Assembly: GCA_964016885.1 (NCBI GenBank)
Contig: OZ024759.1
Location: 27,156,001-27,220,000 of the forward strand
Source: Eledone cirrhosa
Lineage: Eukaryota
Reading direction: 5' to 3'
DNA: 64,000 nt
Within the stretch, counting starts at the first letter, position 1; the number at the start of each line of letters is the position of its first letter. The position numbers were made by a program, and so were the translations under genes. Below the pieces are notes generated by a model that was not told the DNA's origin, searched no databases, and saw nothing but the letters and a program-made list of their open reading frames with translations. Shown here piece after piece: positions 49,005 to 61,920 of the stretch.

Positions 49005-51739
49005 TATATATATATGCCCCAGCATACACACACATACACACATATATATACATATATATATGCCCCAGCATGGTCTTGGACGATCGTCTAACTAAGGCCA
49101 ATAATAAAATACTTCAAAATAAATTAAACACTACTAAATCCGGGGTTACAACTTGGATTACTTAAAAGTCAGTAAAGCTGTAAAGATTCTATATTGTAAA
49201 TAGGTGGTCGCATGTTCGAATCCGGGCAAATCTCGAGAAAAATAACAAAAAGAAGGACAATGTAAAAATAGCAGCCATAGACGAGAGGAGGACACACACA
49301 CAAACACACACACATGTATATATATATATATGTGTGTCTGTGTATGTGTTTGGCTGCTATATATATATCTAGCGGTCAACACACACACACGTACATATAT
49401 AAGTGTGTGTGTTTGGCTGATATATATATATATATATATGATATATAAATATATGTGAGTTGCTATGACTGCTATTTCTAGCAGGTTTATTTTAGCGTGT
49501 AAACTGCACACCCGCAAAATTTTTGCCTCGATTTTTGCGATTAAGTAAGACAAAAGTTATCGTCCTTGTCAAAAATAAAATTTTACTATTATTGAAAATC
49601 TTTTGGCTGATTTTAAGCCAAAGTTTTTTAATGGCTGCCACTTCCGGTTTTTGTTGTGCGTCTACAGGACAGCCATAAACCTACTAGAAATAGCAGTCAT
49701 AACAACACACTTATGTATATTTATATATCAGGGATTCTCAACGAAGGGTACACGCCCCACAGGGGGCAATTTGAATTTAATAGGGGCCAATTAGAAAGTG
49801 ATATAATACGACCAAACTTCCAGTTACACTTTGTTCACATGTTATCCTGTATCTGGCAGCAGCTACGAGAAGTTTGTTTATATTTTGAAGTTTGTTTTGA
49901 TCATCGCGGCATCGTAGCTTTGTTTAATTAAAGCATTTCTACTTTATATTACAGTAGTAACACTTTTACAAGACTCGGTTTATTTCTATATTAAAAGGGA
50001 ACATAAACCTAATTTTTAAACGTTGAGGTGGGGCATGGAGCAAAAAAGGTTTGGAACTACTGAAGACAACGAATCATCGTTTTTATTAATGTAAACAAAC
50101 TTCTCGCAGGTGCTGCCAGATACACGATAACATGTGTATACGAAGTGTAACAGGGAGTTGGGTCGTATTATATGACTTTCAAATTGACCCCTATTATATT
50201 CAAATTATCCCCTGTGGGGCGTGCACCCCACGTTGAGAATCCCTCATAAATAAATATATGTGAGTGTGTTGCTATGACTGCTATTTCTAGCAGGTTTACT
50301 GCAGTCCTGTAGACGCACAACAAAAACCGGAAGTGGCAGCCATTAAAAAACTTTGGCTTAAAATCAGCCAAAAGTTTTTTAACAATTTGCCAAGAAAGAT
50401 AACTCTTGTCTTACTTAATCGCAAAAATCGAGGCAAAATTTTGCGGGTGTGCAGTTTGTTTGGTGTATTTGACTGCTATTTCTAGCATATATGGACACTT
50501 TAGAAATAGCAGCGAAACACGGGAAACATAAGAAAGAAGGTCACACACGTATATATATATATATATAATTATGTATCTGTATATATATATATATATATAC
50601 ATATATACATATATATATGCACAGATATATACATTTAAATATATATATTTATATATACATACACGCGCGCACACACACCTATACGTAGATATTGGTGTGT
50701 GTATAGCTGGTATATATATATATATGTATGGGTGAGTGTATAGCTGGTATATATATATATATATATATAGGTGTGTGTCCTTCTTTCTGCTGTTTTCCGT
50801 TTTTCGCTGCTATTTCTAAAGTGTCCATACATGCTAGAAATAGCAGTCATAGAAACACTCACATATATTTATTTATGAGGTATTCTCAACGTGGAGTGCA
50901 CGCCCCACAGGGGATAATTTGAATATCCCCCTCTTTATATCAATTAGCACTAACTCTCTCCCTCTCTATATCTACTACACGGCACTCTCTTCCAATACCC
51001 CTCTCTATATGAAGTAACACCAAACTCTCCCCCTCTCTATATATTAAGCACTAAGTCAGGAATTTTTTTCTTCTTTCGTGCAGAGAGAGTAAAGTTGATT
51101 AAATCTACTGCAGTGAATTACTGGTATTTTATTTAATAAAAATTAAAATTTACTATTTGTCTTCGTTTAATTTTCGTTTTTCTTTACATAGTTTCGTTTC
51201 GTTAAATGTCTCCAGAATTTGTTTTTACTTTTACCGGATATTGAAGGTGTAAACTTGGTGTTGTCTAGAAACGTGTTAGAAATATTTTTCTTTTAATTGT
51301 GAAGAATTTAACCGCAAAGTAAGTTTTTTTTACTGTTTATTTGTGGCTGGGACAACGTATGGTATGTGTTAATGTAAATGGTGAAGGTTTAAAGATTCTT
51401 TTTACAACTGAAAATCGGTTTGTTGTTGCTGCTAATTACTTAACGCATGGAATAGATTAAAAAAATACAGGATTGTTTCTCGGAAGAGAGGAAGAAGAAA
51501 CAAATCACAGAAGCGGGTAGCACACACATTTGGGACCACATACAACACAAAAACAGGTAATCCACACATCTGGGACCACATACAACACACCAGCAGGTAA
51601 TACATACATCTAGGACCACATAAGCAGGTAATACACACATCTAGGACCACATACAACACACAAGCAGGTAATACCCACATCTAGGACGACATACAACCAA
51701 AGGCAGGCGAAAGGGGTGGACAAACGAGCTGCTACTAGA

Positions 51740-51996
51740 TCAAAAGATAACAGTATCGCGAGGAGCACTGGGAAACCTCTCTAATGATTTTTTAGGAAAG
51801 CCAGCACGTCTGCAGCGTTACCTCGGGCGATGGCGAGGCTGAGGAGCTGGAACAACCAAGTGCCCTCACGAGCTTCACCAGTCACCTTCGTCAGGCTAGC
51901 CGCCAGTGAAGATAGGAATCTCGCAGTCAGTATCCCGACTCCCCCAAACGCCACAGGCTGGAAAATGTAGTTGGCCGACAGATCACAGTATTACTT
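51740..51996 (-). pseudogene. CRE-like RLE fragment (copy in B2)
   Basis: Copy of 12553-12810. Confidence 0.7.
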
Positions 51997-52142
51997 AACA
52001 GTGATAGATATTCTGTCTAAAGGAGGGGCGTACAACAGGCGGCCCGCGGGCCACAGTCGAGCCCACCTGACCAGTCAGAGTGGCCCGCAATGACTCTTGT
52101 AGGCTTATTTAGAATTTTTTCCATACCCGTAATACTTCTGTT

Positions 52143-52784
52143 AGTTGACCTATACTAAAGGACTTCACTGATAGGGTTATATGTGTTATAATTTCCCAGT
52201 TGACCTATACTAAAGGACTTCACTGATAGGGTTATATGTGTTATAGTTTCCCAGTTGACCTATACTAAAGGACTTCACTGTAGGGTTATATGTGTTATAG
52301 TTTCCCAGTTGACCTATACTAAAGGACTTCACTGATAGGGTTATATGTGTTATAATTTCCCAGTTGACCTATACTAAAGGACTTCACTGATAGGGTTATA
52401 TGTGTTATAGTTTCCCAGTTGACCTATACTAAAGGGCTTCACTGATAGAGTTATATGTGTTATAGTTTCCCAGAGGGCTTCACTGATAGGGTTATATGTG
52501 TTATAGTTTCCCAGTTGACCTATACTAAAGGACTTCACTGATAGGGTTATATGTGTTATAGTTTCCCAGTTGACCTATACTAAAGGACTTCACTGATAGG
52601 GTTATATGTGTTATAGTTTCCCAGTTGACCTATACTAAAGGACTTCACTGATAGGGTTATATGTGTTATAGTTTCCCAGTTGACCTATACTAAAGGACTT
52701 CACTGATAGGGTTATATGTGTTATAGTTTCCCAGTTGACCTATACTAAAGGGCTTCACTGATAGAGTTATATGTGTTATAGTTT
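52143..52784. repeat. 55-bp minisatellite, 12 units
   Basis: Copy of 12956-13598. Confidence 0.95.
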
Positions 52785-53356
52785 GAAACAAACTACCCGC
52801 ATCAGTTATTATACTTTTATAACACCGCTATATTACCTACATGAAAGAGGTAAATATTTATTTCTCTTGTCTTCTTAAATGTATAGAACATTTTTCTTAT
52901 ATATATTCTTAACATAGCTAGGACCGTTTATTATTTACTAGTCTCTACTCCTAGGACTTTGCTGGTCTCATGTCCCCTCCATCAACACACACTCGGTAGA
53001 AAGCTGGTCGTCGGAGGTAAAGTGGCCCTGATTACAGGTCTAGTATTGAAGCCTTTCGGCTTGAGCCTTGCTGATGCCGACAGAGTTCCTGTGGTAGTTT
53101 TGGTAGCACAGGTGACATTTTATTGTGTTTAGGTACCGGCTAGTGCGGACACAGAGAGCACAACCAGGTGGTGAGCTGGCAACGACCAAGTGTAGAGGGC
53201 CAGCTTTGAAATTCGAGCGACGGAGTGAACTAGTAAAAGAGGCAGGGTAAGCAGCATTGGTTCTAACGGTGGGACTAGAACGGAGGTTGGGTGGTGCTGG
53301 GGGTGGGCTAACAGCTAACAGTTGTAGGAGTGGTGGGGGTTTGCTAGGATTAATTT

Positions 53357-55708
53357 TTACATCTGTATGTGAACTCTTGAAAAAGCAACATACAATTGTC
53401 CAGGGTTAAATACTTGCTCAGGGAGGAACAGACCCACTTTATCATGTATTTGACCATGGTTCTTGTTGATTGTCATGGCATATGACAGTCTTAATGGAAA
53501 CTGGGGTCTTTCCAAAGTAAAAAGGATGTTGGCACCACTGGGGGCTAACTTCAGTCTTGGGATCAAAACACACCTGCCCATCAAAGGACCATAGATATGA
53601 GAAGCTTTGATAAAATGTTTATGCAGTTCTACTACTTCTAATCTTGTGCCATTACATAATCTGTTCTGGATTGAAATATTCCATAGAAGCATTAGTATTG
53701 ATCCTGCTTTTAATTGGAGTTTGTGAGGCGGCATCCCAGAAGGTGTAAGCAAGTTCATTTAGCTTGAACCAGGCAGCAAGGGTCCCTGCATTTCTACCAC
53801 AACCTGAGCATTGCCTCTTTGAAAGTAAACTCTGTTTGTTCTCCAGGTGTGTGGCTAGGCTGTATAATGTATGTGATGTACCATGAAGCTTAAATTCGGA
53901 GAGACACGACACTGCTTCTGGCTGAGACACATACCTGCAACAAAGATAGGTTCTTATTTCATCATGGTTGTGTTGGTTCTGAGCCTCATTAGGTAATGCA
54001 TTATTCGTTACTTCTATAGATGTACAATCATGCCCCATGTAACATATTTAAAGAGGTACTTGACACTTTTTACAGAAGCGCAAACTTCAACATTAATATG
54101 TGCACAATATTTCTTAAGCAAAAAGGCATTAAATGGCACAACATTCCTGTTATCTACTGAATGTCATCCAATTTACACTGCAGTTCCTGTCTTGCACCTC
54201 CTGTACTCTGGGTATCCATTTAGGTTCAATAATGTTTCCCTTCTGTAGGTTTTTGGATAGTTCTTTTGGAAAAATCCATTTTGTATAAATGGGGGAAAAG
54301 GGTTTCCAGAACCACATGGCCCGTGGATCATAAACTTTTAAACCTGCTCATATAGTACTTGATCATCTTCCAATGCAGGTATTTCTGCTGACACGATTCT
54401 GTCAATGTCTTCTCTGTTTCTTATCTTGTCTTCATTTCTTAAGGCTCAGTGTTATCATCTGTTTAGATAATTCATTAAACCATTATACTCATCCACTCAC
54501 AATTGGGCTTGATTGTTCCTCAAATATTGAAGCCTGCATCCCTCTACTTTCATATAGGCTTCCACTAAATACTGCTAAAATAATTTACCTGCCCTATATA
54601 TCGCACTAAATCCTCCTCTATATGCTATACTGTATATGTAATACTCCTGCATTGTCAGTCTATTGCAAACACAGGTCCTGCATTCCTCTCCATGTCACTA
54701 TGCCACCAAAATTCACCATTATGGGTCGGTCATGAGGTCCAAGTGGCATGAATTATGTGATATTTTCTGAGGAGGATGGTCTTTAGGAAAGATGATAATA
54801 TCTCTTTGTACAGGTGGTCTGCCCTCAATCCCCCACAAAACAACAGCTATCATTACTAGTTGGTAAATTATAGCAGCTCATATCTGATCCTCTTCTAAAT
54901 CTTAATTCACAGTTCTGTACACGACAATGTTCTCTTCTTGCACTTTGCTGTTTGATGCCATGCATTGTATTGTACAATTCACATATGGATTACATTCATG
55001 CAACACCTCTCTTATCATAGCCATTTTTTGTGGTGAGCACTCATTATTTGTTGGTACTAGGGCGGTGGATTGGCAGTATCGGTAGAGCGTCAGACACCAT
55101 GCTTTGCAGCATAGGGTTATGGCCCTTTACGTTCTGGGTTCAAATCCCTCCAAGGTTGACTTTGTTTTCATCCTTATGAGGTCGATAGAATAAAGTACCA
55201 GTAATTGCTGGCCTTGTGCCAGAAACAATTATTTGGTCGTACTTCCAATCTGTGCTACACACCTTCGTTCCCATCAATAATATATAACTGGCCATATTGT
55301 GGTGTATTTTCTGCAGGTTACAGAGGTGGGGGTGTAGTGATATGTTTGACCGTGAATATGAAAGCTATACGGGCCTCTGCCGGGTGGTAACACCAAATGA
55401 AGTGAAATAAATGTAGTTTTAATTGCAGACGTTTCTGTGAAATCAACTGCTTCCTGGCCTCTTTCAAAGAGATTTCTCAGTCTCTCGGGGTATATTTGCA
55501 ATGGTGGCAACACAGCCTTTCCTTTATTACAACAGTTATTTTCATTTCTAAATTTCAAAGCTTCACAGTGATCACACGAAACATTCATATCACTAATATG
55601 AAATTCTTCTAGATTTCCATTAATATTAATTGTTGGCCAATTTCTCTTATGACGCTCATTATCCATTCTTCTCTGTCTGAATGTTTTCCATTCTAAGTCT
55701 ATTTGCAT
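53357..55708 (-). pseudogene. Helitron Rep-helicase pseudogene (B2)
   Basis: ORFs are identical to those of 14171-16523. Confidence 0.93.
55059..55227 (+). mobile_element. SINE in Helitron (B2)
   Basis: Copy of 15873-16042. Confidence 0.8.
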
Positions 55709-55809
55709 GGAATAATTATATTCTGTTGTTTATTATGTAATTAAATAGCTCTGTACGATACATAGAGCATTCTTCTTTTCTTTACCTTTTCTATAGAAAT
55801 ACAAGAACA

Positions 55810-55848
<39 letters not shown>

Positions 55849-55889
55849 GTGTGTATATACATAAACAAGACTGTTATTACTCCAACCAG

Positions 55890-58800
55890 ATGAAACTCTG
55901 TCATGTAATGTTATCGACATATCTGCCCTTGGGGCTAATAATTGTCATGTAATGTTATGGACATCTCTGCCCCTGTGGCTAATAATTCTGTCATGTAATG
56001 TTATGGACATCTCTGCCCCTGTGGCTAATAATTCTGTCATGTAATGTTATGGACATCTCTGCCCCTGTGGTTAATAATTCTGAGAGAGATAAAACAAGTG
56101 AGGGATTAGAGTGTTGAAACAAGAGAGAGAGAGGAAGAGAGAGAGAGAGCGAGATGAAATGAGACAGGGAGAGCGAGATGAAACGCGAGAGTGAGAGAAG
56201 CGATATGAAACGAGAGAGTGAGAGCGAGATGAAACGAGAGAGAGAGAGAGCGAGATGAAACGAGACAGAGAGAGCGAGATGTAATGAGAGAGAGAGAGAG
56301 AGCGGGATGGAACGAGACAGAGAGGAAACGAGAGAGAGAGGAAACGAGAGTAGAGAGCGAGATGAAACAGGAGAGAGAGAGCGAGATGAAACGAGAGGGA
56401 GAGAGAGATGAAACGAGGGAGATAGAGATGAAACGAGAGAGAGGAAGAGAGAGATGGAACGAGAGAGAGGAAGACAGAGATGAAACGAGAGAGAGAGAGA
56501 GATGAAACGAGAGAGAGAGAGCGCGAGATGAAACGAGAGAGAGAGAGAGCGCGAGATGAAACGACAGAGAGAGAGAGAGATGAAAGGAGGGAGATAGAGA
56601 TGAAACGAGAGAGAGGAAGAGAGAGATGGAACGAGCGAGAGGAAGAGAGAGATGGAACGAGAGAGAGGAAGACAGAGATGAAACGAGAGAGAGCGAGATG
56701 AAACGAGAGAGAGAGAGAGCGAGATGAAACGAGAGAGAGGAAGAGAGAGAGCGCCAGATGAAACTCTGTCATGTAATGTTATGGACATATCTGCCCTTGG
56801 GGCTAATAATTGTCATGTAATGTTATGGACATCTCTGCTCCTGTGGCTAATAATTCTGTCATGTAATGTTATGGACATCTCTGCCCCTGTGGCTAATAAT
56901 TCTTTCATGTAATGTTATGGACATCTCGGCCCCTGTGGCTAATAATTCTGACATGTAATGTTATGGACATCTCTGCCCCTGTGGCTAATAATTCTGACAT
57001 GTAATGTTATGGACATCTCTGCCCCTGTGGCTAATAATTCTGCCATGTAATGTTATGGACATCTCTGCCCCTGTGGCTAATAATTCTGACATGTAATGTT
57101 ATGGACATCTCTGCCCCTGTGGCTAATAATTCTGCCATGTAATGTTATGGACATCTCTGCCCTGTGGCTAATAATTCTGACATGTAATGTTATGGACATC
57201 TCTGCCCCTGTGGCTAATAATTCTGAGAGAGATGAACCAAGTGAGGGATTAGAGAGAGATAAAACAAGTGAGGGATTAGAGTGTTGAAACAAGAGAGAGA
57301 GAGGAAGAGAGAGAGAGAGCGAGATGAAACAAGAGAGTGAGAGAAGCGAGATGAAACGAGAGAGTGAGAGCGAGATCAAACGAGAAAGAGAGACAGCGAG
57401 ATGAAACGAGACAGAGAGGAAACGAGAGAGAGAGGAAATGAGAGAGAGGAAACGAGAGTAGAGAGCGAGATGAAACAGGAGAGAGAGAGCGAGAAGAAAC
57501 GAGCGGGAGAGAGAGATGAAACGAGAGAGCAAGAGAGAGATGAAACGAGGGAGATAGAGATGAAACGAGAGAGAGGAAGAGAGAGATGGAACGAGAGAGA
57601 GGAAGACAGAGATGAAACGAGAGAGAGAGAGAGAGAGCGAGATAAAACGAGACAGAGAGAGCGCGAGATGAAACGAGAGAGAGAGAGCGCGAGATGAAAC
57701 GACAGAGAGAGAGACAGATGAAAGGAGGGAGATAGAGATGAAACGAGAGAGAGGATGAGAGAGATGGAACGAGAGAGAGGAAGAGAGAGATGGAACGAGA
57801 GAGAGGAAGACAGAGATGAAACGAGAGAGAGAGCAAGATGAAACGAGAGAGAGAGAGCGCAAGATGAAACGAGACAGAGAGAGCGCGAGATGAAACTCTG
57901 TCATGTAATGTTATTGACATATCTGTCCCTGTGGCTAATAATTGTCATGTAATGTTATGGTCATCTCTGCCCCTGTGGCTAATAATTCTGAGAGAGATGA
58001 AACAAGTGAGGGACTAGAGAGAGATAAAACAAGTGAGGGATTAGAGTGTTGAAACAAGAGAGAGAGAGAGCGAGATGAAACGCGATAGTGAGAGAAGCGA
58101 GATGAAACGAGAGAGTGAGAGCGAGATGAAACGAGAGAGAGAGAGAGCGAGATGAAACGAGACAGAGAGAGCGAGATGTAATGAGAGAGAGAGCGAGCGG
58201 GATGGAACGAGACAGAGAGGAAACGAGAGTAGAGAGCGAGATGAAACGAGAGGGAGAGAGAGATGAAACGAGAGAGCGAGAGAGAGATGAAACGAGGGAG
58301 ATAGAGATGAAATGAGAGAGAGGAAGAGAGAGATGGAACGAGAGAGAGGAAGACAGAGATGAAACGAGAGAGAGAGAGAGCGAGATGAAACGAGACAGAG
58401 AGAGCGCGAGATGAAACGAGAGAGAGAGAGCACGAGATGAAACGACAGAGAGAGAGACAGATGAAAGGAGGGAGTTAGAGATAAAACGAGAGAGAGGATG
58501 AGAGAGATGGAACGAGAGAGAGGAAGAGAGAGATGGAACGAGAGAGAGGAAGACAGAGATGAAACGAGAGAGAGAGAGAGCAAGATGAAACGAGAGAGAG
58601 AGAGCGCGAGATGAAACTCTATCATGTAATGTTATTGATATATCTGCCCCTGTGGCTAATAATTGTCATGTAATGTTATGGTCATCTCTGCCCCTGTGGC
58701 TAATAATTCTGTCATGTAATGTTATGGACGTCTCCGCCCCTGTGGCTAATAACTCTGACATGTAATGTTATGGACATCTCTGCCCTGTGGCTAATAATTC

Positions 58801-61800
58801 TGACATGTAATGTTATGGACATCTCTGCCCCTGTGGCTAATAATTCTGAGAGAGATGAAACAAGTGAGGGATTAGAGAGAGATAAAACAAGTGAGGGATT
58901 AGAGTGTTGAAACAGGAGAGAGAGAGCGAGATGAAACGCGATAGTGAGAGAGGCGAGATGAAACGAGAGAGTGAGAGCGAGATGAAACGGGACAGAGAGA
59001 GCGAGATGTAATGAGAGAGAGAGAGAGCGGGATGGAACGAGACAGAGAGGAAACGAGAGTAGAGAGCGAGATGAAACGAGAGGGAGAGAGAGATGAAACG
59101 AGAGAGCGAGAGAGAGATGAAACGAGGGAGATAGAGATGAAACGAGAGAGAGGAAGAGAGAGATGGAACGAGAGAGAGGAAGACAGAGATGAAACGAGAG
59201 AGAGAGAGAGCGAGATGAAACGAGAGAGAGAGAGTGCAAGATGAAACGAGAGAGAGAGAGCGCGAGATGAAACGACAGAGAGAGAGACAGATGAAAGGAG
59301 GGAGATAGAGATGAAACGAGAGAGAGGAAGAGAGAGATGGAACGAGAGAGAGGAAGACAGAGATGAAACGAGAGAGAGAGCGAGATGAAACGAGAGAGAG
59401 GAAGAGAGAGAGCGCGAGATGAAACTCTCTCATGTAATGTTATCGACATATCTGCCCTTGGGGCTAATAATTGTCATGTAATGTTATGGACATCTCTGCC
59501 CCTATGGCTAATAATTCTGTCATGTAATGTTATGGACATCTCTGCCCCTGTGGCTAATAATTCTGTCATGTAATGTTATGGACATCTCTGCCCCTGTGGC
59601 TAATAATTCTGACATGTAATGTTATGGACATCTCTGCCCCTGTGGCTAATAATTCTGCCATGTAATGTTATGGACATCTCTGCCCTGTGGCTAATAATTC
59701 TGACATGTAATGTTATGGACATCTCTGCCCCTGTGGCTAATAATTCTGAGAGAGAGATGAACCAAGTGAGGGATTAGAGAGAGATAAAACAAGTGACGGA
59801 TTAGAGTGTTGAAACAAGAGAGAGAGAGGAAGAGAGAGAGAGAGCGAGATGAAACAAGAGAGTGAGAGAAGCGAGATGAAACGAGAGAGTGAGAGCGAGA
59901 TCAAACGAGAAAGAGAGACAGCGAGATGAAACGAGACAGAGAGGAAACGAGAGAGAGAGGAAATGAGAGAGAGGAAACGAGAGTAGAGAGCGAGATGAAA
60001 CAGGAGAGAGAGAGCGAGAAGAAACGAGCGGGAGAGAGAGATGAAACGAGAGAGCAAGAGAGAGATGAAACGAGGGAGATAGAGATGAAACGAGAGAGAG
60101 GAAGAGAGAGATGGAACGAGAGAGAGGAAGACAGAGATGAAACGAGAGAGAGAGAGAGAGAGCGAGATAAAACGAGACAGAGAGAGCGCGAGATGAAACG
60201 AGAGAGAGAGAGCGCGAGATGAAACGACAGAGAGAGAGACAGATGAAAGGAGGGAGATAGAGATGAAACGAGAGAGAGGATGAGAGAGATGGAACGAGAG
60301 AGAGGAAGAGAGAGATGGAACGAGAGAGAGGAAGACAGAGATGAAACGAGAGAGAGAGCAAGATGAAACGAGAGAGAGAGAGCGCAAGATGAAACGAGAC
60401 AGAGAGAGCGCGAGATGAAACTCTGTCATGTAATGTTATTGACATATCTGTCCCTGTGGCTAATAATTGTCATGTAATGTTATGGTCATCTCTGCCCCTG
60501 TGGCTAATAATTCTGTCATGTAATGTTATGGACATCTCTGCCCTTGTGGCTAATAATTCTGAGATATATTAAACAAGTGAGGGATTACAGTGTTGAAACA
60601 AGAGAGAGAGAGCGAGAAGAAATGAGAGAGTGAGAGCGGGATGAAATGAGAGAGAGAGAGCGAGATGAAACGGGAGGGAGAGAGAGATGAAACGAGAGAG
60701 AGAGGAAACGAGAGAGAGAGGAAACGAGAGTAGAGAGCGAGATGAAACAAGAGAGAGAGAGAGCGAGATGAAACAGGAGAGAGAGAGCGAGATGAAACGA
60801 GAGGGAGAGAGAGATGAAACGAGAGAGCGAGAGAGAGATGAAACAAGGGAGATAGAGATGAAACGAGAGAGAGGAAGAGAGAGATGGAACGAGAGAGAGG
60901 AAGAGAGAGATGGCACGAGAGAGAGGAAGACAGAGATGAAACGAGAGAGAGAGAGCGAGATGAAACGAGAGAGAGAGAGCGCGACATGAAACGAGAGAGA
61001 GAGAGCGCTAGATGAAACGACAGAGAGCGAGACAGATGAAAGAAGGGAGATAGAGATGAAACGAGAGAGAGGAAGAGAGAGATGGAACGAGAGAGAGGAA
61101 GAGAGAGATGGAACGAGAGAGAGGAAGACAGAGATGAAACGAGAGAGAGAGAGAGCGAGATGAAACGAGAGAGAGAGAGCGCAAGATGAAACGAGACAGA
61201 GAGCGCGGGAGATGAAACGACAGAGAGAGAGACAGATGAAAGGAGGGAGATAGAGATGAAACGAGAGAGAGGATGAGAGAGATGGAACGAGAGAGAGGAA
61301 GAGTGAGATGGAACGAGAGAGAGGAAGACAGAGATGAAACGAGAGAGAGAGAGAGCAAGATGAAACGAGAGAGAGAGAGAGCGCAAGATGAAACGAGAGA
61401 GAGAGAGCGCGAGATGAAACGACAGAGAGAGAGACAGATGAAAGAACGGAGATAGAGATGAAACGAGAGAGAGGAAGAAAGAGATGGAACGAGAGAGAGG
61501 AAGAGAGAGATGGAACGAGAGAGAGGAAGACAGAGATGAAACGAGAGAGAGAGAGAGCGAGATGAAACGAGAGAGAGGAAGACAGAGATGAAACGAGAGA
61601 GAGGGAGAGCGAGATGAAACGAGAGAGAGAGCGCGCAAGATGAAACTCTGTCATGTAATGTTATTGACATATCTGCCCCTGTGGCTAATAATTGTCATGT
61701 AATGTTATGGTCATCTCTGCCCCTGTGGCTAATAATTCTGTCATGTAATGTTATGGACATCTCTGCCCCTGTGGCTAATAATTCTGACATGTAATGTTAT

Positions 61801-61920
61801 GGACATCTCTGCCCTTGTGGCTAATAAATCTGACATGTAATGTTATGTAAATCTCTGCCCCTGTGGCTAATAATTCTGTCATGTAATGTTATGGAAATCT
61901 CTGCCCCTGTGGCTAATAAA
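55890..61920 (-). repeat. Composite satellite, left arm in B2 (6 blocks)
   Basis: Same architecture as 16715-24544. Confidence 0.95.
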
